DNA from: Paraspadella gotoi
Lineage: Eukaryota; Animalia; Chaetognatha
NCBI GenBank assembly: GCA_051294375.1
Contig: CM119268.1
Location: 12,404,493-12,468,492, forward strand
Direction of reading: 5' to 3'
Length of the DNA: 64,000 bases
In this document: piece by piece, positions 14,170 to 27,300 of the stretch
Position numbering within the stretch: position 1 is the stretch's first letter
How the letters are laid out: every line of letters starts with the position of its first letter
Notes under the pieces: model-generated
What the model was told of the DNA's origin: nothing
The model's database searches: none
What the model saw: the letters and a program-made list of their open reading frames with translations, nothing else
Program-made: the position numbers and the translations under genes

Positions 14170-16206
14170 GTTAGTTTCCTACTAAACCTAGGTGCGGGCT
14201 ATTCACTTTGTATGACTTTAAGCATTGAAGACGTGTTTTACAGTTTAGCATCATATATTGTTGTAATATACATAACATAACGAAGTATAAACGTTCAAAA
14301 TAAGCAAACATCCATTGTATAGAACCATAATGAATTCGCGTAATAAAATCGTAAGGGCAGCCGTAATAGCATCGGAAAAAGCATCGGAAAAAGCATCGGA
14401 AAAAGCGTCGGAAAGGGATCCGAGAAAGCAGCCGTAAAGCATCGAAAAAGCGTCGGAATGGGATCGAGAAAGCAGCCGTAAAGCATCGCAAAAAGCGTCG
14501 GAATGGGATCCGAGAGCAGCCTGGACTGTGAAACAGATTATAAACGATTTAATATAAAATGTTCGAATTATAAACGCATTAAATCTTATTAAAAACGAGT
14601 TAAAAACCTATTAAACGGACCTGGTATACACGTCGAACTTTATAGAGATTGGCGATTACATAGCATAAAAATATACATTTCAACTTTCGAAATAAACGGC
14701 GTTGAATAAGCAGAGATTTGGCATTAAATTCGAAGCAGCAAAAACGGTAACGTGCAGGATATCGTCTGTGAACCGAATAAAAATAGGACGAGAGAGAAAA
14801 GACTGGTTTCTCGCGAATGCGGGTAAACAAATGATCAGTTTTCGAAACGAAGTAAAAAATATTCTACATTTTGATTGATTTATTTTTTATTTTATTTATT
14901 TATTTATTTATTTATTTATTACATGTCTGATTAATCGAATTCATTTAATTTATTTAATTTAATTTATTGTCCATTCATTCATCGATTGATCGATCGATCC
15001 ATATGACTCCCCCTTCCTCCGCAGTGTACGTCCTCCGCGCCCTCCGCACCAAAGGTTACCAGATGATTCTCAGCATGAACGTCAAACCCTCGACGGACAC
15101 GATTTATCACATCAAAGACGAGACGCTGAGCGGCGAAGGCCCGCCATGATGGCGCTCTGTCCGGGGAGAAAGGTGAGGGTGGGGGAGGGGGAGGAAGTGG
15201 GGGTTGAACGGGTGAGGTTGGGGTGAGAATCGATAACGGAAAAAATGAGCATTCAGGAAAGAAGCGGGAAAAATGAAATCCAAAAATATTTAAACGATTT
15301 TAAAATTGATTTAATAAAGGATCCCGATGTACAAAGAAGATTTTATACCTCATGCTCCGAACCATAACGATTTGTCCCCTTTTTTCTTCCCACTCCCCTT
15401 CGACCCTTCCAAGACGAGTTGTGGGTGTTGGGTCCCCATTTCGACGCCAAGGATCCGGACAAAGACGTCGTGGCCGCCATCGATGCCGCCATCAAAGGCA
15501 ACTGGCCGGAGGGGATGAGTCACAAGTTCAAGGCGGGACAGATTCCAGGTGAGATCAGGAATTCTTACTTTTCTTTTTTCAAGATCCGAGTTCCATTGGC
15601 TCTTTTAGTGGAATCCAGAGAAATGGTGATTCTGCTTGGGCTAAACTTTTATTTTTATTCGCGTTCATTTTTATTGTCTTATCACATATTCAATATATCA
15701 CATATGTCAGTTTTATTTCCGCTTCTTTGCGCGCATACGCCCTACGACTTTTATGTATCGAACGCGGTTGTCAGTTTTACAATTATCCATTTCGTGGCGT
15801 CACTAAGAGTCAGTTTTATCGGAAAAAATTCGTTTCGTCTCGAGAATCGCGTTTCGCTTTTCGACCGTCGAGTCGTAAACGTCACATCCCAGAAATTTAA
15901 CGTCATCGAAATATTTTCTTTTCCATTTGCAAAAAAGAGAGAGAACCCCGCCCCCACTGTTCTGAGGCCCAGGTCTCCCATTCCCCTACCAAAAAAAGCG
16001 AAAAGAAAATATTTTTCAAAACAAAAATGTAAAAAAAAAAATTATTTTCTTCGACCCTTTCAGGTCTAGGGAGTTTCAAAATGGGCGGGACGCCGTGGTG
16101 GGCCGACGGTCACGCGGCAGTCCACACTCGCATCCTCATCATCAAAATTATGGAGGAACTCTTGGCAGTCGGTTGGCTCTGCCTCGACGCCATGGATCTC
16201 TTCAAT

Positions 16207-16283
<77 letters not shown>

Positions 16284-17312
16284 CCTCTCTCCTCTGCGTC
16301 TCTCTTCCTCTTATCCATAACTCAGTCTGTCTCCCCACCCTCTCCTACTTTCTCGCCCTATCTTTCTCTTCAATCTCCATATGGAAACGATTCAGTTTTC
16401 TTTTTCACATTTCTCAAGGTCACTTTCCCTTTTTCGCCCGCGTCTCCACGGCGCCATTTTTTGGGTTAAAATATAAAAAAATTATAGGTTATAAAATTAA
16501 AATAGTTGGTAATAGCGACAAGAAATCAGCTATATCTACGAATAACTTTACGGATGCAATCAAAGTTTACGAATTCCTTTTTCCAGTTGGCCGACAAATC
16601 GATGTTTGTCTTCCGAAAATGCAATCCTGTCAAAGCCGACATGATGGCAATTAGTTTCAACCAGTCCGACCGCATCAGGTGACTCCTGTCGGACGAGAAG
16701 ACGTCACGCTTTACTGTTTAAATATTTTTCTTACATTGCCAGACTGATTAACGGAAACACCGAGATCCAAGAGACTCTGGAAGCGACGATCAAAAGCCAA
16801 TGGAACGTCCAGCGAGCGGCGGAGTACGGGCCTTCTTACGAATGGAAGCTAGAAGGTTCGGGCGGAAAAGGATGGAGAGAAGCGAAGCGTCTGAAAGGCG
16901 AATTCACGAACATGTTCAATTCAGTTCAATTCAATTCAATTCAATTTTCTATACTGTTATGCCAAAAATATTTTTTAAAAGGCATGATGTTCTTCAATTA
17001 CATATTTGTAGGCAGCAAAAACAATATTGTTAACTCGTTTAATCTTTTCATCACTCCACCCTACTAATCTTTTCATCACTCCACCCTACTAACCAAGGCA
17101 AACCCTGGGACGAGGGTTTCTTCCACAACAAAGCTCTCGCTCTCTTCCTCCTCCACGCGATGGAGAAGAAGGGTTGGATCCTCATCTGCAGCGCGGACAT
17201 AAGCGCCAAGTCGACCCTGAAGACGTCGCACGGCCGCTCGGAGAATTACCCAGACGACATTCACTCTTGGTTCTTCATGAAAAAGTCTTCTCTTATTGAC
17301 GCCACCAAATGA
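8262..17312 (+). CDS. Uncharacterised protein with about 4 internal repeats (D.L.LI...W...F/WKxxGxPW...L...GW...SxDxS...FF) and a myristoylation-like N-terminus; 11 exons, 3 apparent single-base frameshifts
   Basis: Exons 8262-8386, 11491-11656, 12286-12462, 12576-12666, 13071-13261, 15025-15172, 15414-15548, 16064-16209, 16587-16678, 16743-16855 and 17098-17312, all GT-AG. It starts MGQTQSQG, contains the repeated motifs KFKGKPF/YSIAGYPW/FKMGGTPW/WKLEGKPW and LGWSPMFASD/VGWLCLDAMD/KGWILICSAD, and ends NYPDDIHSWFFMKKSSLIDATK*. Confidence 0.8.
9001..10372 (-). CDS. Secreted protein with two PAN/apple domains (206 aa), nested antisense in intron 1 of the 8262-17312 gene
   Basis: Exons 10372-10318, 10123-9998, 9770-9558 and 9227-9001 sum to 621 nt in frame. 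Signal peptide MNYSMVFMLLVGCFAFGNA; PAN motifs GYEYPGNDI...NACQLKCKETQGCRGYSYHTIHKLCFLK and DVDYPQNDI...SCQETCLHTEYCKLYAFNAVTGDCWTK. Confidence 0.88.
11712..12155 (+). mobile_element. Helentron/DINE-1-like non-autonomous element (copy 1)
   Basis: Sub-terminal inverted repeats GTTGCGCCGC (about 11738) and GCGGCGCAAC (about 12139), an internal GACCGACGGACAGAC microsatellite and A-run ends; related copies lie at 26785-26945 (-) and 33585-34235 (+). Confidence 0.55.
13394..14055. repeat. About 660 bp of A/T-only (TATTT/TATT)n low-complexity sequence
   Basis: No G or C is seen across the tract; it is flanked by the 23-bp direct repeat TTTTGCTAATAAAAACAGAAAAT. Confidence 0.9.
14355..14521. repeat. 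Compound minisatellite (12-bp GCATCGGAAAAA units and about 45-bp higher-order units)
   Basis: GCATCGGAAAAA occurs about 3 times and AAAGCGTCGGAA(A/T)GGGATC..GAGAAAGCAGCCGTAAAGCATCG about 3 times. Confidence 0.85.
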
Positions 17313-18194
17313 AAACCTCCACGCGGTTTTTTTTTTTTGTTTTTTTTTTTGGAGGGGGTATTAAATTTTTTAAATGTTTTTATCGACGAGACAATCGATG
17401 GATTAGCGAAGACTTTTTGGATTCCGAATGAATTGGATTGGATATTTAGATGCAGCAGTAAATTAAGATATTATCGCATACGAAACGAATTGAACGTTCA
17501 GCAAATTTAGAGGCAAAAATACTAATAACGTTAAATCTTCGAATTTAGTATCGTAAGAATATATTTGGTATTAAATTTAACTTTATAAGCCTTTATAAAA
17601 GTTTCAAAAAATTATGGAAAACTTATGTTTCTATGACCACTGACCAAATAATCCCTTTCGGTATCTTTATCGATGTTCTCTTTAATACTTTCGACGTTTA
17701 CCTACTGTTTTGTTTTAAAGTGATGACGTTTCTAAGGAATTACATATCCGAAATCAAAATATATGACTAACCCCACGAAACAAATTATAGCCAGTTAGTA
17801 TCATTATCGAAAATTGTAAAGCCAGTTTTCAGTTTTTGACAGCAGAATTCGTCCGACTATATAAAACAAGTTTGGGCAAAAAATGTTCGGATCTGCCTCA
17901 TCAATTTAGGGTATCAGCTAAACAAGATCGATAATCACGATAATTTCTTTGTGATCTCTACAGATCATACAAAAACCAATCATAACAGAATTCTAATAAA
18001 TTATTAAACTATTTAATCAATTGATCAATAAGTCAAAGAACCTTAGGCTGCTCCAATACATGTATATATACATTTAGTATACCATTGTATATACATTGTA
18101 TCGTTTTCAACGGATTAGACTTAGTGTGTATCTGTGCAGCACAATTAACATTTTATAATTATAAAAATATATTATCAATAAATATAATATTTAA

Positions 18195-18450
18195 ATATTT
18201 GTAATTTTTTTAATTTGCATAATTTTTTTCAATACTTCCATTAATTTTTTACATTCTAACTTCCATAATTTTTCAACTTGTTTAACTTTTTCCAATGTGC
18301 ATAATTTTTCACCTGCATAATTTTTTTAACTTGGCATAATTTTTTAACTTGCATAATTTTTTTAAGCATGCTTAATTTTTTCATCTTGTAATAAATTTTT
18401 TATCTTGAATGATTTATTGAACTTGCATAATTTTTTCAACTTGAATAACT
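18195..18450. repeat. Degenerate minisatellite of about 20 bp (AACTTGCATAATTTTTT)
   Basis: About a dozen imperfect tandem copies are visible. Confidence 0.8.
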
Positions 18451-21400
18451 TATAATAGTAGATGACAAATATATGGTTGCGATGCATAGTCATATTATAT
18501 TAAATGACAGTCAACTCATTGATAAGATGATAAGTTCATCATTATTAAGATAGAAGTGATAATTGATTATAATGAATTGGTACAACCAATACTAAAAATT
18601 ATCCATTCATTAATAAAAAGTCTAATCCTTACGCCCACTGATAGTCATCATAGAATGATGTACAGATTTAATGATATTTATTAATATTCATTGATTGATG
18701 CAACAATATGCGATGATAATAAACTATTGATGTAATGAAAATCTTTCAATCAATCATTCAAACAACTGATTAATCGGCTAATTTATCATTTTATCTGAGA
18801 GAGAGAGAGAGAGAAACTTTAAAATTTAAAAAACGAATTCAAGTAAAAGTGACGTGTTTTTTTTTCAATTAAACTTATTTCCACTGGCACGATTCCATCG
18901 AAACTTTATATTCAGTTCAATCATTTACTTTCCTACACACACACAAAATTTTATCACAATCCATTTAAAAAAATATGATTAATTAGAGTAATTAAGAGGT
19001 AATATAAGTAAAAGATTCAAGTAAAAGTAATCTATGAAATTGGATCAACCAATTTAAAAATTATCCATTATCCATTATGTTTTTTTCCATTTAAACTTAT
19101 TTCCATTCGGACGATTCTATCAAAATTTTATATCCAGTTCAATCATTCAATTATTGCTAAGATGGGACGGACCTTAAGACATACATACGGACTGGACATC
19201 ATTTTTCGATGTTTTGATATGATAAAAATGATTTACCGACAAGATTTGGGGGTGGAACCGACGGACCGACAAAGTGAATTTATAGAATCGGAATCTACTA
19301 AAAGCAGATCCGACTAGAAATAGGAAGTTTTAATAAGTTATAAACAAAACTAATTTGCTAAAAGGTATAGTTGTGTGTATTCTACCGATCATAAAAATAT
19401 TATATTTAATAATACTGGTTTTGATCGATGCTTAAAAGTTAAATGAATCAAGTTCCAAAAGTCTAACGGATCAGTAGGATGACACAAGTTTTTAAAGCTT
19501 GAGGATTGGGTTTTTAAAAAAATGCTTTTGCTGCATGTTTGTTCCTCATATAAGAATGGCTTTCGCTTATTAGTATAACTTCTACTACTTCTACACATCA
19601 TTTGCCAGTATTCGGTGTTAATGTTCTGAAATATCTTTGTTAGATATAAATTCTGAATATTCCGAAAAAAAGTAAATAGCACAAAATTGTGCCAGCGTCG
19701 CAGTCTGGTTTCAACATAGCTCAATTTTTTTACAAGTGTTGCACTTTTCCTTTTCAGAAGCTACTATTTCATGAACTATTTAATTTTTAATAAGAATATA
19801 TGTATATTTTTTTAGAATTCGTATCCTTCAATCCTTACTTACTTTCACTTGAGTCTAATAATCTTTCTTTAAATATAGTAATTTAACAATTATGCGAAAA
19901 GAAAGCGACTAATTCAATGAATAACAAACTACATGACTTCATGCCTTTTTGGGCGATTTAAACTAAGTATTTTCGTATTTTTTAATGAAATCATAAATAA
20001 TAATATTCTATGTTTTGCGACATTTAGTTTAATTTTTTTAATCACTAATCAGAGAAAATACATTTATAAAAATTTTCAGCTTTAATGTTTTGAATGTTAA
20101 AAATGTTATCACTTTATTTGATCTTACTTTTAAATTACAACATCGTCACTTTCTTTTTCATAGTGGTTGAATTAATATACTAACTATGAATGTATACGTT
20201 ATAGCAATAATAATCTAATCATATCACTTATCTTGTCTTTATGTCGTTTTAATCATGTAAAATGATAATCTTTATAAAATACTAAGGCTTAATTAAACAA
20301 CTAATTTCATTCCATCTCAGATCAATAATCAAAAAATTTTAGGGTCCATATTATAAAAATCCGATGTGTCTTACACTTAGGTAGTCTTTATGAAAAGTAC
20401 TGATATTAATTGTTTTGAATAAAAATATTTATTCTAGTCTTTTAGAAGTATTTATTGTATCTTTTATTATCAGAAATGCTATTTAAAAGATACTGTAAAT
20501 GATTCCATAGCTATTCGTTCTACATACTCTGTCACCATAATCATAAGGTTGTCCGAGGAAATCTTTTTGTAGTTTGGAAAATGTAGCTATATTCTTATTC
20601 CATCCAAATTTTATAAGATCCAAATTTTTAATATAAAACTAAATTCTACCCATAAGATGTGTTGGAATTTTAATTTCAGTTTAGCCGAAAAAAATTTTAC
20701 TTGTCCCATCGTTGTACTGTACTGTCCCCGAGTCTATTTATTCTGCAGTAGTTTTTTTAAAGAGAATTTTTATTTTTCAGAATGATTCTATAATATTAAA
20801 TATTTAATATTTAAAAAACTGTTTAAAATTTAGCCAACATATTATTTAAGACTAATTTGAACATGATACAGGCTAATCTTCCAAACTATGATTGAACTTT
20901 ATGAATTAAATGGCTTACATCGTATTGTACTTGGTCATCTTTGAAATATAACAGTCTTCGTACATTCATTCTACTATAAATGGATGTATACATATTAATT
21001 GTGATCTCATAACGCAATAACAATATTTATGAATTTTTCTATGAATTGCTAATTTGTTTATTCTGCCAATCACTTCCACCGAGTGGCTTTTAGACATAAT
21101 ACTCATAAAATACATTATCTCGGTTGAAAAATTTCGTTTGTCCCAAATTTAGTATTTCAATATTTTAATTTACTTATGAATTCGACTCGAATTAGTTTTT
21201 GACATCTTATAGTGATTGAGTTGTCTTATGAGTTGTCAAAAACGTTCCTATTGTATTCCAGAATTATTGGGACGTAAAATTATCTTTTTAAACTAGATTC
21301 TCCTACATAACTACAAATCGGGTTCTCTGTACCTCACGCCAGCAAAAAGCCATTCGACTAGTCAATATGCAAATTCAAGTGGTCAAAATTAACGAGGCTA

Positions 21401-22998
21401 ATTGTGGCTGTGCGTCATAACGCTAATTAAAGTTAGAAATTTATTGTACTATTAAGTTTAACGTTTTACTTTGAATTTAAATTGATTAAGCGCAATATTA
21501 TTAATTTTGACGAAGCTTTGCTATCATTCTTGATAATTAATTTGGCTGACTGACATCTCGCGAGCCACCTCTTTTGTTTTTTGTTATTTTTTTTCAAATG
21601 AGAAAATCCTAATTAAGCAGTATGGTGCTTTCGTTTTCCTGCCTGATTGTCACCCCAAAAAGCATGGGATGTCACTGTGATTATATTTCTATTCTATATT
21701 GTTATTTTTAACAATTTTTTCTGTTGAGCGAATTTAAAGTCACGTTTTTATCTAACTTCGAAAAGCAAATTTTTTTTCCCTGATTCCGTAAAACATTTGC
21801 TTGATCGATTGCATTGAATGTTGTCCAATTTCTCATCAATTTTCTTATACGCGTCTCTTCTCTATCCGATTCATTTTTTTATTTGTTATATCGTGTTAAA
21901 TCTATGTAGTGAGTATACTTTAAACAATTGAAAGATACGATTTTTTTATGTTAGTTTTTAACCTGAAACAGTAAAATTTCGATTTTAGGCGAAGGGGTGA
22001 ACTTAGGTAAGGATATTTTCTTAAGTAAGTAATAGACAATTTTTAGGTTTACCTAGTAGTTAACTGAATAAAAGTAGGCAATTTTTAATTGACGAAAGTA
22101 GCTTTAAAACAGAAATATAATTTTATGATCTAATTTGATAAAATTAAGAGAAATATTATTTTAAATAAATTAATAAAATGCAATATTTTAGGGTATTAAT
22201 TTTTAAACTATAACTCTTTTTCAAATATAAAACTTTGCTTAAATTAGTTTAAGCTTTAGAATATTTTTAACATAAAAAAACTAATCTTATTAAAAAGAAA
22301 AATTAACAACTCAAAGCTACGTAAAAACATTAAATAATTAACATATTCAGACAATTTCACAAATTTTATTTAATACCTGATGATTCTAACGCCCGCTTTT
22401 TTTTATTTATCATTAAAATCGTTTTCCGTGTTTCCTCTTTTCCCATTTCCGTTTACGATTTCAAACGCGGCTTTTATTTCTTCACTTTCCTCTTGTTATT
22501 TCCTCCTCGCTGTATCGTCTATCTCCTCTTTTTATGTCTTACATTTATTACCAACTCAAAAGTTTTTTAGCTAGGGTATTGAATAATAAAAATTTAAACA
22601 GCATAATTCTCTCAATTTTTATTTGTAAATGCGATTTTAGAAAAAGCTTATTCGAAAGTGACAATTGATTTCGTATTTGGTTCTTTTATGATTTGGAGAA
22701 TCGCCTAGAGGCCATTATAATCTAAATATTAATAACGTGAAAACCCAGATTATTTATTTGAAGACGTAAAACTTATCAGAAAAGAAGCGTTTATATGTAT
22801 TTTTATATATCCTCTGCATCGTAAATCGAGTCACTATAAAAATATTATTTCCTGGTTATAAAGAAAAACGCTATCCTTTTTTTTTCCAACCACCTTCAAC
22901 CTGGACCAAAAAAAAAATATTTTTTTCTGCCTTCTGCCCCGCGTCCCGAGAGCTTCTCTCTCGCCCATTAGCAATCCCAAGGGTCTGTCGCTCAGACC

Positions 22999-24275
22999 TC
23001 ATTTCTCCTTTGCCTCGTTCTCCGCTCCCCGTTCCCCAATCTTCGGCCCCTCCCCATTTCTTTTCTCGCCTAATTTGCCGATAATCTTGTTTAACAAAGA
23101 ACTATCTGGCCTTTTCCTCCGAAAACCGTTGTGACAATGAGGACAAATCTTTTGTCCTCTCGACTCCTCGGTTTCTTTTTCCAATTCCTCGAGCCAAGCG
23201 GCGAATTTACCTCGGTCGCCAACCTGGTTCCGATTCATTGATTTTTTTCCCCCTCTTCTTTCAGTCAAATTCGTATCGTGAATCGATGATATTGTAAGCA
23301 CTTGACTCTCTTATCTTTTTTAGTTTTCTTTCTAATAAGAATTCAAACTCTTTTTTTAAGCTTTAACCTCCATCAAACTAAAGGAGACCTCACCGAAATG
23401 ATGTTTTGCCGTGAGATTCACTGCCCATTTCCGAGAAATCTCGTTGGAGATCTCGAGCCGAGCAAAACGGCATAGATCCCATCCCATTCTTTCGCTATCT
23501 GAACCATTAACGTTTTATTTTCACGTGCGGTTTTTTAATGTGTATCGAGAGTTTTTTTTTTTAGTTATGTAAAATTTTAACTATTTTATTATTTCATGAT
23601 TACCTATCAGTATGTGGCAAGAGTAGAATTATAAAAATACGTATCTGTTTTCAACTATGTCCGATCGTCAATCTTCTTCCAAACTCTTTCATTGCCACAT
23701 CCAGATTTATTTTTTGCTTGACACCAAACAGTCGCAAGGTCGGTACAGATTTTCTCTTCAGCATCTATTGCTAATTGGTTATCAACGCTTTGCCTCAACA
23801 TTTATCACATCATTTAATTCTCAAAGACTAAATGAGTTTAAATTCTTACTAAAAATTTTCCCCTCGGAAGGTTTTTTTTCTTTTTCAGCTCAGATTTCAT
23901 CTTTCGAGTTTCCGCTTCTCGACTTGTTTTGCTTCTCGCTCCGTTTCCTCAGTCCTCTCTTTTATTTTCTTTTGTTTTCTTTTCTTTTCTTCTTTTAGCT
24001 TTCTCATTACTTCTTTTTTTTTTTACTCTTCTTTATCCAGTTTTCTACTCTGATATTTTAGATTCCTTTTTTTTCCCTTTTTTTTATCATCCTGATTCGC
24101 TAGTTTTTTTTACTTTTTCTCTTTTTTCAATCCTTCCTTTCTCTTCCTTCTTTCTTCTCTTTCGTGTTTTCTTTCCTGTTCTTGCTCTCTCCTTTATCCT
24201 TTTCCATTATGGTGGTCATCGGATTTCGCTGGCTCCTCTTTGTTCCTGAAATAAAAAGAAAGTAACCGGTAAATT

Positions 24276-24332
<57 letters not shown>

Positions 24333-27300
24333 CTCCATCATTCTTCCCTCTTTCCTCCTCATCCAGTTGGGAATGAATAAGGGTTACGCTATGAATATCA
24401 TTACAATGAGAAATGACGTTTGAATAAATGGCAAAAGTCGCTTTTTACGTTTTTCAAACGAGTGCGTTGATAAATCTCATTACCGATTCACTACGTTACA
24501 GGAAAGCTTTAGCTTTTAATTAAAAATATATTAAGAATACTATATAATATCTTTTAAGAATAAAATTGCAAACAAGTACCAAAAAAACTTATATATTTTA
24601 ATAAATATTTTTCTCTCCAAAAAATTGTCCTAATCGATTAACACCAACCGTCGGTGCCGCTGGTCGAGTCATTAATTGAAAAATTCAAAAATGGAAATAA
24701 ATTCAAAAGATTTTTTTTTTTCAAATTTTCATCCCAACGAGAATAAAAGGAAAGTTGGGAACACACGTAGGTGGAGGGTAATCCAAATAAGGGTAAAAAA
24801 TGAACAACAGCTTCACGACAAAGAATTTTTTTAAAAGTGTTACGCAATGACGTAAAACTGGGAGCTAAAATGTAAACGGAATTGATCGACAACGTGGACC
24901 AAGTTTCTCATCTCCGGTCTCGAAGGTTACACGGCGTTACCGTCTCAAAAACTTCTTCGGCTCGAAGAGGTAGACCCTGTATCATTTGAGTTCGGTTCGT
25001 CGGGTCCAAGTTGGACTCCATGGGGGATTTTATCGATTTCCTTTTCATAATTGAGATGCGGAGAAAAGGAGAGGAAGGTGGGCGGGGGGGGGGTCGCATC
25101 TTGAGACATCTGCTCGGTGATTCTATAAGGAGCCATTGTCTAATCGTCGGGGGACTTTCCTTTCCTTCTTTCTTTCTTTCCTCGACATTAATTTTTTCTT
25201 CTTCTCTTTATTTTCTTTTTTCTTTCCTTTCTTTTCTCTTTCCTTTTGATTAGTTTCTTTCCGTCTTACCCTTTTTTTTTCATTTTCTTCACTCTCTATT
25301 CTTTTCCGTCCTACTTCCGTTTTACAAAAATTGGTTTGGATTTATTGTTTCACTGTTAGAAAGATTCTCTCTTATGTTTTTTTCTAATTCACCCTTGCGT
25401 CACCCGATCTTCGTTGTTATCAGTGACTTATATGATCGCTCTTCCCAAATTCATGAGATTTATGAATTAATAAGAGCAAGGGCCGAGATTTATCCAATGC
25501 TATTTCCGGCGCCAGAGTTGCTGAGAGAGAATCCAATCAAAGGTACAGGGAGAAGGAGATTAAAATAAGAAAGAAAAACTTCCAAGACAAAGAGATAAAA
25601 AAAATTTTGGCATCACAATCCTACTTGGTTTTAGTGTTCTCTTTTTATCTGGGACGGGGGTATGTTTATAAATTTACTGATTTGACGGGCGATTATTTAA
25701 GATTGTGTGGCAGTTATAATAACTGCCACAATTATTCCTTTTATTTTTTTTCCTGTTTCGTTTTTTTTTTTTTTTCTTATACCCCGCTCCGAGCGTGAGG
25801 TCCTAAATGTTGGAATTATTATTATTTCTTTTTATAAACAGAATTAAAATGGGTTCCAGGGAGAATTTTTAAGTTTCGAGATGAACTGATTTGATGTAAA
25901 CAACGAGGGTTTTATATTTGACGTTCAGATTTTTATTAGGCTGAGAAGTTCCTTCGTTTTTTGGCAAGAAAAATGGAAAAAAGAAAAAAAAAACTACGGG
26001 AGAGAGTTAGGTCGGAAAATTCATTTGTTACTATTATAATAGTTTGATTTTTTAAACTTACTACCTACCTAAATGATTTTTTTTAAATGATAAATAATAG
26101 AATAAATGGTAAGTTTTATATTGGTTCACCAATTTCATAAATAGTTTGCACAAGTATCAACTATAAAAAACTTTCAGTCTTTAAAAAAACATAATTTTTT
26201 TTCTTTTCGAATATTTCGTTTATCAATTATTATCCGAACTAACTCCACTTACAACCGCCCGTGTTTTGGATCAGAGAGACAAGGGAATAAAAATCGCGGA
26301 GGGAATTTCGGGCGGAGAGAAGAGATGAAGGGAAATGATAAAAGACGTGGAAACTAAAGGAGGAAATAAATGGGAGAAGAAAAAAGAAGGGAGAAAACGA
26401 AAAATGGTATAGAAATCGTGAACTGAGAGAAGAAAAGAAAAATATTGAAAATATTTAAATCTCAAATTAATTATGAGCTAGTCTTAAATATTATAGGTAA
26501 ATATAGGTATTCGGAATCTTATTCTAACGTGCTGGCGATTCAATAAGTTTTTATACGTTCTGAATTCAACTCGTCAAGATCTTGGCATCTTGGGGCAATT
26601 TTCGAGGCGACTGAACTCCGAGCCAATCTGCTACATGGTCCCTCACCGACCTCCGATGGAGGTCATTCATCGATCCGTTCAACTGGCTGACCCAACGAAG
26701 CTGGAAACAATTTCAGTCGCTGCCAGTTTCGCCAAACGAATTCCGTTTTGGCTTTGGGACCAAAAGGCAAAACTAGTCTTCAGAGTTTTTAAGTCACTTT
26801 TCGGTCGGTCGGTACGTCTGTCCGTTGGTCTGTCCCACTTACATTATGGAAATCTTATAAACTATAAGGAATAAATGATATGATAAATAAAAAGAAAAGT
26901 AATGCGGCGCAACACCTTGGAATAACCGTTCCTTGTTTTTTTTTTCGTTGCCATAGAAACGGAAAATCTATTGAGAGAAATAGGAGGTAAAAAAAATGGG
27001 ACGTAATGAGAATGAGAGTCCTTTGGTTAAGCGCAAATGACTTTCAGGTCTTTCTTTTTTCTTGCTGTCGTGCGGAGGCGACAAAAACGAGTCTCGCGCC
27101 ATCTGAATCCAATCATTAGAAGTTCAAATGAGTCGCGTGACCCTTCGATTCCGGCCGTCGACCCCGACCAGATCTAGTTCTTTATATTTTCTTTTCTCTC
27201 TTTCCTTTTTTCCTTAATTTCTATTTTCTTTCTTTTCTTCTTTGTTGCCTTTTTTTCTCGTGTATATTTCTGCAATACCTGCAAGCATTTGTTTGAACTT

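Noticed and set aside
14355-14521. CRISPR-like regular repeats
   Set aside because: The units are tandem without unique spacers, there are no cas genes, and the context is a eukaryotic intron.
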